Positions 29,088 through 38,955 are shown, numbered from the stretch's first letter. The stretch: 64,000 nt of DNA from an uncultured Verrucomicrobiae bacterium (GCA_963735805.1 CAVTMK010000002.1:1152001-1216000); one strand, 5' to 3'. The notes: generated by a model from the letters alone, not told the origin. Program-made: numbers and translations.

Positions 29088-30494
29088 TCATGGCTGGGTC
29101 GGGCGAGGAAACGGCGTCGAGTGACGTTGTGGCGGAGTCGGCGGGGGTGGACCTTGGGGATCAGTCGCCGAAGCTCGTTCCAGTGACACCGCCGTTAAAG
29201 GCCGTGGCGTTGGACGTGGTAGCGGAGTAGGACGAGGCCGCGGCGTCGGTTCACATCGTCCTGTGCATGGTGTCGGTGTCGGAATTGGTGCCCGATAAAC
29301 ATCGAAGCCGTGGTTCCCGACAAAGGTGCCGTAATCGAGCACAAAATAACCGTCAGCGAATGCCCCAGGGCTGTCGTAGGGCGAATTCATACTTCCCCGC
29401 GAACCGTTGAAAGCTCGCAACAATTGCAGCGTGCCAAGATCGTAAGCGAATGTCTGGCTCTCGCCAATGATCCAGAGAACGTTGTTCGTCAATGCCGGCG
29501 TCACCTCATTTGTAAACGAGGCGGGGAAGGAGCGAAGCGTTGCCCCGGTGGCGGGATCCAACTCCGAGATCGTTGTGTCCCCGGCAACATAAACCTTGCC
29601 GGTGGGGCCGATCGCCACCGAGCCAAAACCGGCAAGGTGGCTGCGTTGCCACAACAACGCGATGTGGGCGTTGTCGATATAGTGGTAGGCCGACAGGATT
29701 GGGAGTGGGCCGTCATAATCTTCGAGCACATAGAAATGCTCTCGCGCAGCGTCGTGAGCCACGGTTGTGCCTCCGCCGCCTTCAATTCCACCTGACCAGA
29801 AGTTGTTCGATGCGCCAGTCGCCTGGTCGAAAGCGTAATATTGACCCGGCCCAGCGAGCACAATCGACCTGCCGACAACAGTCGGGATCGACTGCCCGCC
29901 GAACTTGCCACGTTGTGTCCAAAGCACCGATCCGCCTAACAATCCGAGCGCGACAGCGCTCACACGTGAGGAATCGGCCACAAACGCAGTAACACTTCCG
30001 TTGATTGGATCTTGGACAACGGTGGGCATCAACGAAACCACGTCTTCTGGAATCGGCACCGTGTAGCGAAGCGTGCCTGTTGCTGCGTCCAGCACGAAAA
30101 GCGAAGAACTGGAGTCAGTTGGCCCGACAAATGTAACAAACCCGCCACCAACGCCCGGCTGCGACGGGAATATAAAGTTGCCGGTGTAACTCCAGTTAAT
30201 TGCACCAGTCGCAAGATCGAACGAACTAACGGTTGTCTCCAATTCACCGAAACCTTGTTGGTTTTGCATTGCGTAGATATGATTTCCCACAATCACCGGC
30301 GTGGAATATCCAGTCGGCAGCGAGGGCGCTGTCCACACCAGAGAAAGCGCCTGCACATCAACGACCGCACTTGAATTGCCGGTGTGCGAGGCGTCGTGCT
30401 GATAGTAGGGCCAATCGGCCGCCACGACCGATCGCGCGAACAAGATTGCTCCAACAGTGACGGCGATTAGGTGAATCCGAAGCAGCCACTGCAT
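29088..30494 (-). CDS. Secreted PQQ-like beta-propeller protein with Pro/Thr/Arg tail
   Basis: DWPYYQHDASHTG, repeated D.ATG...W blades; PTPRPRPTP tail; start could be 30626. Confidence 0.8.
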   Translation of the reverse strand: MQWLLRIHLIAVTVGAILFARSVVAADWPYYQHDASHTGNSSAVVDVQALSLVWTAPSLPTGYSTPVIVGNHIYAMQNQQGFGELETTVSSFDLATGAINWSYTGNFIFPSQPGVGGGFVTFVGPTDSSSSLFVLDAATGTLRYTVPIPEDVVSLMPTVVQDPINGSVTAFVADSSRVSAVALGLLGGSVLWTQRGKFGGQSIPTVVGRSIVLAGPGQYYAFDQATGASNNFWSGGIEGGGGTTVAHDAAREHFYVLEDYDGPLPILSAYHYIDNAHIALLWQRSHLAGFGSVAIGPTGKVYVAGDTTISELDPATGATLRSFPASFTNEVTPALTNNVLWIIGESQTFAYDLGTLQLLRAFNGSRGSMNSPYDSPGAFADGYFVLDYGTFVGNHGFDVYRAPIPTPTPCTGRCEPTPRPRPTPLPRPTPRPLTAVSLERASATDPQGPPPPTPPQRHSTPFPRPTQP

Positions 30495-30905
30495 ATCCGC
30501 GCGAGGTGTAGTGGTTTCGGCGGAGTTCGTCAAGGAATGGCGCCGCGAGACGATGGCGCGGCTGAGTTTCAATACTGCTTGCGAGCTGGGCTTTCGCGGG
30601 AGCCTCGACGAATGGGAGCGCCTCATGGGAGCAGTCGCGAGACGGGGACGTTTGGCAGCTTTTAGCTCGCAACATTAGCCAATCTAATTTTCGACGTGCT
30701 GCCATTTTGCCGATTGTGGTAAGCTGAGGAAACGCCATCACGAAAAAGATATCGGATACGGAAAGTTCGTCCGGCGGTTATGAAAACACTGACGCAGCGA
30801 CGACAAAAGGCTGTTCGATTAACGAAACGAGCCGGACGCCTGCTAAAGGCTCGCATCAAGTTCGTTCAGCAGCGCTGGGCTAAATCGGACCGAGATAAGG
30901 ATTTA

Positions 30906-31175
30906 ATGACCTCTACACACGTTTACGAGATCCGGCCGCGAGCCGACAAACGCGGTGTCGATCTGATCAGTGATGCGCTTCCCTATAGTCCGCTGTGGTA
31001 TCGTGGGCTAAACGCAGTCAGAGATGCAATCGAACACGGAAAGTTTTACAGCCGCTCACATGACGCCGTGATTCGCGTTTATGATGACGGTGGCAAGGTC
31101 ATCGAAACGCACGAGCACGCGCGAGAGTTCAAGGGATTCAGTGAGGCAAAAGATTCTGGCACTTTAGAGCAATAA
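30906..31175 (+). CDS. Small conserved hypothetical protein (DUF2188-like C-terminus)
   Basis: HVYEIRPR...LISDALP...IRVYDDGGKVIETHEH. Confidence 0.65.
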   Translation: MTSTHVYEIRPRADKRGVDLISDALPYSPLWYRGLNAVRDAIEHGKFYSRSHDAVIRVYDDGGKVIETHEHAREFKGFSEAKDSGTLEQ

Positions 31176-31541
31176 ACCACGCTGATGGCGGTTTGGGGAC
31201 CGGCCGTTCTTGGAGAGTGTGCTGGGACAGTTGCGAGGCGGTGAACGTCGCTGGTTAGCTCTGGCTTTGTTGGTCCTCGAAATCGTCAAGCACACCAGAT
31301 GCGATGCCTAGAAGTGTTTCTGCGGCAACCCGCTTCATCTCAGTACTTCCAAAATCTTGTCGCCTCATACCGGCCATCTGATGGCTATCAGGGACAAACG
31401 AATCCCGGTGAAGTCGCCGCGCCTCCGCCTTCGACGGGGCCTGCTCGCTCAACGTACACAAGATTAGGGTCGACTCTGACAATAAGCGGTGAGCGCGATA
31501 CGCCGAGTTGCCTTTAATTCAATCGCAGAAAGATAAATAAT

Positions 31542-32003
31542 ATGAATAAATTAATAACATGGAATCCGCTTAGAGAGATGGAACAAGCGACACAAAATCG
31601 CTTCAATCCTTTCTTCCTGGGCAGCTTCCCGAATAGAATGGAAAGTGGCGAGATCCACAGCCTAGCAGTCGCAGATTGGTCGCCGGAGGTTGATATCAGC
31701 GAAGATGATCGCGGGTATCTGCTCAAAGCTGACCTGCCTGAAATGAAGAAGGATGACGTTAGGGTAACTGTCGAAGACGGCATCCTTTGCGTTTCCGGAG
31801 AACGCAAAAGCGAGAAGGAAGATCAGAAAAAGAAATTCCATCGCATCGAGCGATCCTTTGGTACTTTCCGACGCAGCTTCACGCTGCCCGAGGATGCCGA
31901 CAGTACGAAAGTCACGGCGGAGTTCCACGACGGAGTGCTGAAAGTGCACCTCCCGACAACGCCGATAGCCAGATCAAAAGCTATCGAAGTTAAAGTGAAA
32001 TAA
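31542..32003 (+). CDS. Hsp20/alpha-crystallin small heat-shock protein
   Basis: PEVDISE, ADLPE, SGERK, ERSFGTFRRSFTLP and DGVLKVHLP motifs. Confidence 0.95.
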   Translation: MNKLITWNPLREMEQATQNRFNPFFLGSFPNRMESGEIHSLAVADWSPEVDISEDDRGYLLKADLPEMKKDDVRVTVEDGILCVSGERKSEKEDQKKKFHRIERSFGTFRRSFTLPEDADSTKVTAEFHDGVLKVHLPTTPIARSKAIEVKVK

Positions 32004-32119
32004 TGCACTAACACTGATGGCGAGCGTGCGGAAGGTTCCGCGCGTTCGCTCTAGTGTAAACGTTGCGCCGTACCGCGCACACTTTGAGACTTTACCGAAC
32101 GATTGACACGTCTGACGAA

Positions 32120-32305
32120 ATGCACGCTTACATTCGACTCCAGCAACAGATCCACGACGCCTTGCGCGTCCAGCATCCCGACTGGGTCGAGCCCAACGGC
32201 AATTCCCCCACCTGTGACTCGTATGAGTCACGCCTTACCGAACTGCTCGGCCTTTCTCCCCGAACGAACAGCGAGGTGTTGGTGCCGGCTGAGTGGGTTG
32301 ATTAG
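32120..32305 (+). CDS. Small hypothetical protein
   Basis: LQQQIHDALRVQHPDWVEPNG.SP.CDSYE.RL is protein-like; start uncertain. Confidence 0.6.
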   Translation: MHAYIRLQQQIHDALRVQHPDWVEPNGNSPTCDSYESRLTELLGLSPRTNSEVLVPAEWVD

Positions 32306-32532
32306 AGTTTGATCTTTATCTTAACGCTCTTCAGGCTCCCCTGAAGGTTCCGAAGCATTTCATGGGTGCGATTTGTAGCCTCATCAATTCCACGGCGAAA
32401 CTCTGTCGTGTCGATGAGCGTTTCGCAAAAGGGACATTTGCGACTCTCAGCCTTGAGCCATTTGACAGTCTCGTTGATCTGCTTGCCACATCTAGAGCAT
32501 GTCATTTCCAGCGGTAAATTGTCGAAAAACAT
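32302..32532 (-). CDS. Small Zn-ribbon protein
   Basis: CSRC...CPFC. Confidence 0.65.
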   Translation of the reverse strand: MFFDNLPLEMTCSRCGKQINETVKWLKAESRKCPFCETLIDTTEFRRGIDEATNRTHEMLRNLQGSLKSVKIKIKL

Positions 32533-32622
32533 GGTCTTGTTCACAGAATGAACAAAACTCCTTTATTTGGCAAGTCCACGATCGCCTATTTGTAGTGCTT
32601 TGGGTGTTGGGTGCCGGTTGAG

Positions 32623-33624
32623 TTATACCGAGCGACGCAGCTTCGGAAGGGCTTCGCGAAATTGCGTGGGAGAGCGACCGACGATTCGCTTAAACGCGCG
32701 ATTGAAGTTCGTCATGGATTGAAAACCGCATGCGAAGGCAGCTTCGCTAATTCGCGAGTTGGGATTGAGCAAAAGCGTCTTCGATTTCTCCACTCGAACT
32801 CTCGAGAGGTAATCGGTGAAATTCATCCCGGTCGCTTTCTTGAACATCTTGCAAAAGTAATGCCTGCTGATGTTAGCCACTTGGGCGATCCGCCCGAGCG
32901 ACAATGGCTCCGCTTGATGGGCCTCGATAAATTGTCGCGCTCGCGTCATATTTGTGGACTGATCGTTGTCGCGCCGTACGACCAGTTGATTCGACAAGAT
33001 CGAAAGGTGTTGCGCAAAAATACTCAGTAGCCGCAACATCGCGCGGTACCGGACAGGCGATAAAACGCACGAGCGAAAATAGGCCCGCTCAAGTTTCTTC
33101 CAATCCACCTTGTAGCCCCACGCGCGGAGCTGCCGAGTGATGCTTCCGAAGTGTTTCTTTGTCGGATTCTTCAGCATTACTTCGCCTGTCTCGAGAAAAC
33201 CAAGAATGTGGTCACCCACATAAACTGGCACTGCGCTTTCTGAGAGTCCCGCAAACCAAGTGACGGTGCGCTTCGTCGAGTCCAGGTTTTCGGATGCATC
33301 GGTTTGGGCGCTTAGGCATGCGGCCCGAGCCTTGTTGAAACGAGCCAGAATTGCCGCGAATGAATCGTCATTTGTTTTGCCATGGTGTGCAGGCGACCAT
33401 GAATCCTGTCCTCGAATATTGAGCGGCAAACCCACCGCTTCGCTGAAAGCCTGTTCGTAATCTTTGAAAATCTGAGAGCGCGAAAGATGTCGCATCACTT
33501 CCTGGTCAGAGGATCGGGCTGCGCCCGGTGGCGTCATTCTTCTCTGCGAGGTCGCAGAAATCGCGCCCCGTCCACGGCCGTTGCAGATAAGGCTGCTTCT
33601 TTTTGAGCGTTTGGTCGCGATCAT
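32623..33624 (-). CDS. AraC-family regulator with N-terminal PocR-like sensor domain
   Basis: FSEAVGLPL, AGLSESAVPVYVG...LGFL.TG; double HTH ISEAAFACGFQSMTNFNRAFK. Confidence 0.88.
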   Translation of the reverse strand: MIATKRSKRSSLICNGRGRGAISATSQRRMTPPGAARSSDQEVMRHLSRSQIFKDYEQAFSEAVGLPLNIRGQDSWSPAHHGKTNDDSFAAILARFNKARAACLSAQTDASENLDSTKRTVTWFAGLSESAVPVYVGDHILGFLETGEVMLKNPTKKHFGSITRQLRAWGYKVDWKKLERAYFRSCVLSPVRYRAMLRLLSIFAQHLSILSNQLVVRRDNDQSTNMTRARQFIEAHQAEPLSLGRIAQVANISRHYFCKMFKKATGMNFTDYLSRVRVEKSKTLLLNPNSRISEAAFACGFQSMTNFNRAFKRIVGRSPTQFREALPKLRRSV

Positions 33625-33971
33625 ATCCAGGCGTTCGTAAGCTGAGCTACATTGGCAGCCCGCGGCACGCCACATGCGATCAGGGCTTTTGTCGTGTCCT
33701 TTGCAGTTAGGAGGTACTTGCGCACGATAGGATGAATTGCATATGCGACTTCAGCATCTTGCATTATTTCGCGGAATTGGATTAGGTGCATGTGCCGTTT
33801 ACCTCGTGGGAGAATGCCTTCAGCGTGCCTCGCGGTGGTGACGTCCTCTTTGCGATCGTCACATAGTGACTGGTGAAGTTGCCCGGGATTTCCCCCTTCG
33901 TTTTCCCAACGTCGCTCTGCGACAAAATCGATCTCTTCGTTTTGTGAACTTGCGAAAGTCAGGGGACCCAT
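33621..33971 (-). CDS. Small hypothetical protein (RWENEGG motif); possibly two fused ORFs
   Basis: ATGA overlap with the AraC gene; internal GAGG...ATG at 33791. Confidence 0.55.
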   Translation of the reverse strand: MGPLTFASSQNEEIDFVAERRWENEGGNPGQLHQSLCDDRKEDVTTARHAEGILPRGKRHMHLIQFREIMQDAEVAYAIHPIVRKYLLTAKDTTKALIACGVPRAANVAQLTNAWI

Positions 33972-33992
33972 GAGGCAATCAAGTCAAGCGGC

Positions 33993-34178
33993 TCAGCGCC
34001 CGTTGTCCTGATGAAGTCGTGCTGCGATGAACAAGTCGCCGGAGGTCAGCTGCCGCGGAACATCCGGCCGCCTTTTACGGGCCGCAGCGCGAAGCTTCTT
34101 GAAAAGCGCCGCACGACTTTTTGAAGTTTTATGTTGGGCGTAGTAAAGCGCGCAGTTCTGGGTCAATGTTGGTTCCAT
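33993..34178 (-). CDS. Small basic hypothetical protein
   Basis: GGAG RBS before ATG 34178. Confidence 0.5.
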   Translation of the reverse strand: MEPTLTQNCALYYAQHKTSKSRAALFKKLRAAARKRRPDVPRQLTSGDLFIAARLHQDNGR

Positions 34179-34366
34179 GTTAATTCTCCGTTTATTGATG
34201 CTGATGGCGGATTGACGTGAGCGCTGATGTCTGAGCAGTTCGCATCGAGGCACGTCATATAACCATCCAGGAAAGCCGCGAAACCTATCCAGGAGACGGC
34301 AGTATTGCCCGACAAGTTCATGAGCAATCTTTCGAGCTCGTCTTTATGTACAGCGATCGCATTCAT
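34163..34366 (-). CDS. Small hypothetical protein
   Basis: First ORF of the tightly packed minus-strand run. Confidence 0.45.
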   Translation of the reverse strand: MNAIAVHKDELERLLMNLSGNTAVSWIGFAAFLDGYMTCLDANCSDISAHVNPPSASINGELTWNQH

Positions 34367-34805
34367 GATTCAGTTTGGTGTGCAGAGAGAAGGGGCCGCA
34401 CACCCGCGCGATCGACTGACGCTGCTATTGTTAAAGACCCAACGTACGGCCGCGGCTGCCGATTAGCTAATGGTATTTATGGACCACGCATTCATATCGT
34501 GCGTGAGGTCAATTCACAAATTAGTGGCCTGTGCAGCGGCCAAGACAAAGCCACCTGGCCACTCGCGTCCCCGCGCGGCTCCATTCTCGCCGCTACCCAC
34601 CGCGGCTTTGCCTTGATCACTCGCACCAACCGGTGCTTGCGCCAGCTACCCTGCTGCGTTGCCGTCTACCCGCGCGATTCCCAATCGCGACGTGTTCTAT
34701 GTCGCTGGTCCTCAACTCCGTTCACTAGGCGGGTGCAAGAAATGGTCCAATGTTCGCAAGATGTTGCGCGCACGACCCCGTTAAGAGAGCGATCTTCGTA
34801 GCACT

Positions 34806-34979
34806 ATGAAAGAACTAATTAACGTGATCGTCCAGAAAACTGGAATCAGTGAGGAAAACGCGCAGAAGGCTGTGCAAGCGACGCTTGGTTTCTTGAAAGC
34901 CAAATTGCCGACTCCACTCGCGGCGCAGTTGGATTCATTCCTTAATGCGAAGCCGGTAGTGGTCGGCGCCAAAGCCTAA
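34806..34979 (+). CDS. 57-aa helical protein (DUF2267-like)
   Basis: Manual translation MKELINVIVQKTGISEENAQKAVQATLGFLKAKLPTPLAAQLDSFL...; followed by a GC hairpin; not in ORF track. Confidence 0.75.
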   Translation: MKELINVIVQKTGISEENAQKAVQATLGFLKAKLPTPLAAQLDSFLNAKPVVVGAKA

Positions 34980-35389
34980 GTTAATATCGGACCCGATCCA
35001 CAGAGCGTGGGTCGGGTCGGGTAAGGGCGGCGAATTGGGGGGCGACGTCAGATCATGATCACGAAAACTATTAACAGCGCAGCATCTCTGAGAGAACTCG
35101 CTTCTAATCCCAAATCCTTCTCTAATTGTCCAGACTTACACGGTGGTGTTCCGGACTTGCCAAGGGTTACTCCTTTAGAAGGAAAGGCTTGCATCGCTCG
35201 GTTAGGCTTCGGTCGAATACGTGCACGTCAACAACCCGATGCGGAAAGTTTCGGGGAACCGAATCTCGCCCTTTAGGGCAGGATTCGCGCTTTGAATCCA
35301 GCTTTGCGAACAGCGCCTAGACTTTTGAGCAAGAAATTTTCACTGCAATCGTCAACCCCGTACTCAAACCGACGTCGGACCCCTAGTCT

Positions 35390-35809
35390 ATGGAGCAGAT
35401 AAAACCTAACTACTTCGGAGGCGCGAATTTCGAAGCCTGCACAGTCAAGGACATCATCGAGCCTGCGAAGAGCATTTCTAATAAGGTTTCTGTACGGGCG
35501 GCTTTAGACCAAATGCAGGCGCAGGCAACCGATTCGTCACCTGTAGTCGATCAATGCGGCGAATTATTGGGTGTCCTGTCGAAGAACAAAATGAACCGGA
35601 ACGTGGGTGGTTTCGGACACGACCCCATGACAGAACCGGTAGAAGCACACATCGAAATAAACAATGCCTATTGCTTCGAAGACCAGACGATTGCGGAGGC
35701 GGAGAAAATGATGCTCAACGCAAAGCTCGACGAAGTTTTTGTAGTAACCCGCGAAAAATTGCTGGTAGGGACGATAAATATTGAAAGAATTACACAGGGC
35801 AGCGCGTGA
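35390..35809 (+). CDS. CBS domain pair protein
   Basis: TVKDII, PVVDQ.GELLGVL, TIAEAEKMM and VV...LLVG.I motifs. Confidence 0.75.
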   Translation: MEQIKPNYFGGANFEACTVKDIIEPAKSISNKVSVRAALDQMQAQATDSSPVVDQCGELLGVLSKNKMNRNVGGFGHDPMTEPVEAHIEINNAYCFEDQTIAEAEKMMLNAKLDEVFVVTREKLLVGTINIERITQGSA

Positions 35810-36496
35810 TTAAATTTGTAAGCCGCAGTCAGCGACAGCGGCCACGACTGCGGCTGGCGTGAGATAAGCGAGATATCCGAGCGCAATACTGGCCGACATT
35901 TGAAATGGATGTGTAATCGTGATGCCGTGGTCGAGATGGGCGACCCAGAACATGAATCCTACGATCAACACGGCCGGCAAAATTCCGTAGGCCTCTTCCA
36001 ACGGTTTTTGCATGTATCCGCGAAACGCCATCTCTTCCGTGACCGCTGCGATCACGGCGATTGAGAGTAATGCCCCGATGACCGTTGCCAGTGGATACGA
36101 AGAAAGCGGGATCGAAACTGAAGCTGCCGTAACCGGCATGAGGCTCGGCAACAGCAGTCGCATCGAAACGAGTGCGATTACTCCGAAAACAATTGCCGGA
36201 ATCGCAGCGACCCAGACTCGCGTAACGGGCCACGAAGCGCGTGCGAGCTTCCTGCGCGCCTCGCGTGTTGCAGCAGGAGGTCCCCAACCTGAGAAGTAAG
36301 CCCCATACAGCGCTAAGATCCCGAGCGTTATCGGAAAAGCCCACGGAATTTCCGGATGAAACTTGAGATTACCGAGCAGTGGCAAAAACGTGACCGTCGA
36401 ACCGATCGTAAGAAGAATCCATCCAAGGACGATCGCGCGGACAATCACAGAACTAATAGTCAGAACATCTGACAACGTCCACCGAGATTCGTTCAC
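35810..36496 (-). pseudogene. CPBP (CAAX/Abi) intramembrane metalloprotease, apparently C-terminally truncated
   Basis: EEMAFRG and FWVAH present; final H..xN motif missing. Confidence 0.6.
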
Positions 36497-36523
36497 GTCC
36501 GTTTACGAGAGAGGAAAGAAAAC

Positions 36524-36594
36524 AGCGGGTGAAGGGAATCGAACCCTCGTGTGCAGCTTGGGAAGCTGCCGTTCTACCATTGAACTACACCCGC
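36524..36594 (-). tRNA. tRNA-Gly(CCC)
   Basis: GCGGGTGTAGTTCAATGGTAGAACGGCAGCTTCCCAAGCTGCACACGAGGGTTCGATTCCCTTCACCCGCT cloverleaf. Confidence 0.95.
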
Positions 36595-36600
36595 GTCCGT

Positions 36601-36649
36601 GATTTGCGATTTTAGATTTGTAATTGCCGATTGCAATCGAAACAAAATC
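36601..36649. repeat. Degenerate 7-bp tandem repeats with inverted end
   Basis: GATTTGC GATTTTA GATTTGT AATTGCC GATTGCA ATCGAAA CAAAATC. Confidence 0.55.
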
Positions 36650-36691
36650 ACGAGCATCCCACCGCCTCCTGTGAGCAACTGCCAGAATCAA

Positions 36692-37333
36692 TCACTGCCA
36701 GGAAATCACGTCGTCTGCGTATACCCCAGTGCTCTTGTCGCCGCTTGCGGCTGCAGTCGCGCCGGCTCCATCTGCGCCAAGAGACCAAGCAATCACGCCA
36801 GTGTATAAGTTTGGGGTAGCCCCAGCCCCCGCTGTGTAGGGATTTGGAATTTGATTGTCGTAACTGCCATCGATTTCGATGAGGTAGGGTGTCCCCCACG
36901 GGTCATAGTACTTTCCATCGGTTGGACTCACGCCGGACCTTCTGTTTCCCGCCGTGTCGCTTTTCACGTTCGGCGGCGAGATAAAGACGATCGATCGAGG
37001 ATTGATGGCTGGCACGCCGTTCAAAGGCTGATTGGCTCCAAGCGCGATAGCGCGTAGCGAGTAAAATAGATCGAAATTATTATTAGGGGATGCAGTGGTG
37101 CCGCTGATGATCGTGTCAGCCGTTACGATTGGATATTTTCCATAGTCCGTATAGTACGCGTTCACCGCATTAACAATTTGGGTAAGATCGTTCTTCGCTT
37201 GCGTTCTCCGGGCTTGATCTTGCACTGCACGAAAAGCAGGAAAGAGCAGACCGATCAAAACCGCAATGATCGCAATTACCACCAGCAACTCAATAAGAGT
37301 AAAGGCAGGGGATCGATCCGGAGAATTTTGCAT
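36692..37333 (-). CDS. Type II secretion pseudopilin / prepilin-type protein
   Basis: AFTLIELLVVIAIIAVL N-methylation motif; DPWGTPY. Confidence 0.88.
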   Translation of the reverse strand: MQNSPDRSPAFTLIELLVVIAIIAVLIGLLFPAFRAVQDQARRTQAKNDLTQIVNAVNAYYTDYGKYPIVTADTIISGTTASPNNNFDLFYSLRAIALGANQPLNGVPAINPRSIVFISPPNVKSDTAGNRRSGVSPTDGKYYDPWGTPYLIEIDGSYDNQIPNPYTAGAGATPNLYTGVIAWSLGADGAGATAAASGDKSTGVYADDVISWQ

Positions 37334-37481
37334 CGCCGCGGGATTATGTCGCGCCGGGCGACTGTTCACAATCATTTCATTGCCTAATGAATGTTTCTCC
37401 GTCGATGGAACATTGTGCGGAAAAATCTCTAAAGTGTTCACTTCAGTTGTTCTACTGTATTACCGTATTAACGTCGCTAAC

Positions 37482-38876
37482 TCATTGCCATTTCTTAATC
37501 TGCTCCGGGAACGGACATTGCGCGCAATCGGAATTGTCTTGCATGCAAAAGTCCTCGTAAATTTGAAGCAAGCCCTGCTGGTTCGCGATCGTTTTTGAAA
37601 ACTGTTTCCGCCGTGGATCGCTTCCGAAAAGTCGCGTCGCCGCCGTTTCAACCCGGCGGTTCGATAATTGTGCCGGCAGCTTGGCATATTCCGTCCAGAG
37701 ATTTTTCGCCAGCGAAGCTGAAGAATTCAGATCGTGCGCCAGCCAAAATGGAAACAGCACATTAGCCAGGATGTCGGCAACGCGCGCGTCGCCAATCAGG
37801 GCCATTTTTTTAGCCGTCGCCTTGGATGTGAGTGTGTAGTGAAAATTCCAAAACGGATGGTCCAGCGTTTGAAAGAAATCTTTTGCTCCAGCGACGCTGT
37901 TCTTGCCTAAGGCACGCTGAAGACGAGGCCAGTCGCGCGCCAGGATTGCCAACGCAGCCAGCCTGCGCTGGGGATGATTCAATGGCCGAGTGCTAGTGAG
38001 CCGCCAGATTTTGTCTGGTAAAATCAGGCGCTTCAACTCGTCACGATGCGGCCACCAACGGTCCCACAACCGACGCACATATTCGCGTGTCGGTTTCTTA
38101 TAGAGATCGAGATCGGCAGTTTGCAGAAAACCGGCTACGCCAAACAACATCGATTCAATGTCCGCCGCAGTTTCGCGCAACGATTTCAACGGCAACCGTA
38201 ACGTGAGCAGCGTGAAAGGCAGTTTGTTTTCTTTGTAACCGAGCGCGGCTGCGAGTTCCTGGAAGAGCACTTCATCGCGTCCACGACTGTCAATCTTGTG
38301 GCGTATGCGCGCCGCTTTTTGTCGCAGGCGAAATTGCGCCGCCGCATCCAGCACGCCACGCACTCGTTCTTCGGGAAGATCCTTTAGCGGTGCCTGACAA
38401 CGACCCGGACGGGCCAGCGGAATATTCGCAGTAAAAGCGTCCGGTAAAACTGCCGGATCAATATGAACCTGCGGCACGTTGCGGTTGGAGTTTGTTCGCG
38501 TGAAAAATTCGCGATCGCTTCTCTCGACAAACACGTGCAACACGGTCTCGTCAAAACCCGGATTCGTCGCATGGCCGTGCGTCTCCCAACTGCGATCTAG
38601 CAGATCGATCTCGATGCAGCCGCGAATCGGATTTCCACCGTTGATTCGAATCGCAGCATCCCGAAAGTCCGGCCCAGCTTCCCGATTCCACGTGCCGAAT
38701 TGGACAACGTCTATTTTATCGCCGGCGGTGCTGATGAAATGTTTTCCGAAATCTCCGGCGAACCAGCGAGCCTGGAGCTCCAGTTCCGATGGGATTCGCT
38801 GCGAGACGAACAACGCGCGCTCCCGAACACGATCGGTATCGCATAACTGTGCGTAACGATCCGCAAGCAACATCAC
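37482..38876 (-). CDS. DUF2851 family protein
   Basis: WNREAGPDF, W.THGH..NP.F...LHV and RPLNHPQRRL motifs. Confidence 0.8.
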   Translation of the reverse strand: MMLLADRYAQLCDTDRVRERALFVSQRIPSELELQARWFAGDFGKHFISTAGDKIDVVQFGTWNREAGPDFRDAAIRINGGNPIRGCIEIDLLDRSWETHGHATNPGFDETVLHVFVERSDREFFTRTNSNRNVPQVHIDPAVLPDAFTANIPLARPGRCQAPLKDLPEERVRGVLDAAAQFRLRQKAARIRHKIDSRGRDEVLFQELAAALGYKENKLPFTLLTLRLPLKSLRETAADIESMLFGVAGFLQTADLDLYKKPTREYVRRLWDRWWPHRDELKRLILPDKIWRLTSTRPLNHPQRRLAALAILARDWPRLQRALGKNSVAGAKDFFQTLDHPFWNFHYTLTSKATAKKMALIGDARVADILANVLFPFWLAHDLNSSASLAKNLWTEYAKLPAQLSNRRVETAATRLFGSDPRRKQFSKTIANQQGLLQIYEDFCMQDNSDCAQCPFPEQIKKWQ

Positions 38877-38955
38877 GCTTCGAGATTATGAGAGCCCCAG
38901 TTCGAAATGTCACGCGCGCACTGGCGGATAGCGCACGCGTGCCGGGTAAAACGTG

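Larger units (their letters stand above)
27383..36550. mobile_element. Genomic island at tRNA-Gly 3' end (no integrase seen)
   Basis: Identical 32-bp repeat AAAACAGCGGGTGAAGGGAATCGAACCCTCGT at 27383-27414 and 36519-36550. Confidence 0.8.

Noticed and set aside
31245..31262. GCTAAC-CAG at the end of ORF 31255-31482 as an attC R'' site
   Set aside because: Does not fit RYYYAAC and lacks an L'' box
31470..31500. TLTISGER peptide upstream of Hsp20 suggesting a duplicated Hsp20 relic
   Set aside because: Only 8 aa with no flanking similarity; overlaps the candidate operator, so likely chance
31140..31541. CIRCE element upstream of Hsp20
   Set aside because: No TTAGCACTC-N9-GAGTGCTAA match found
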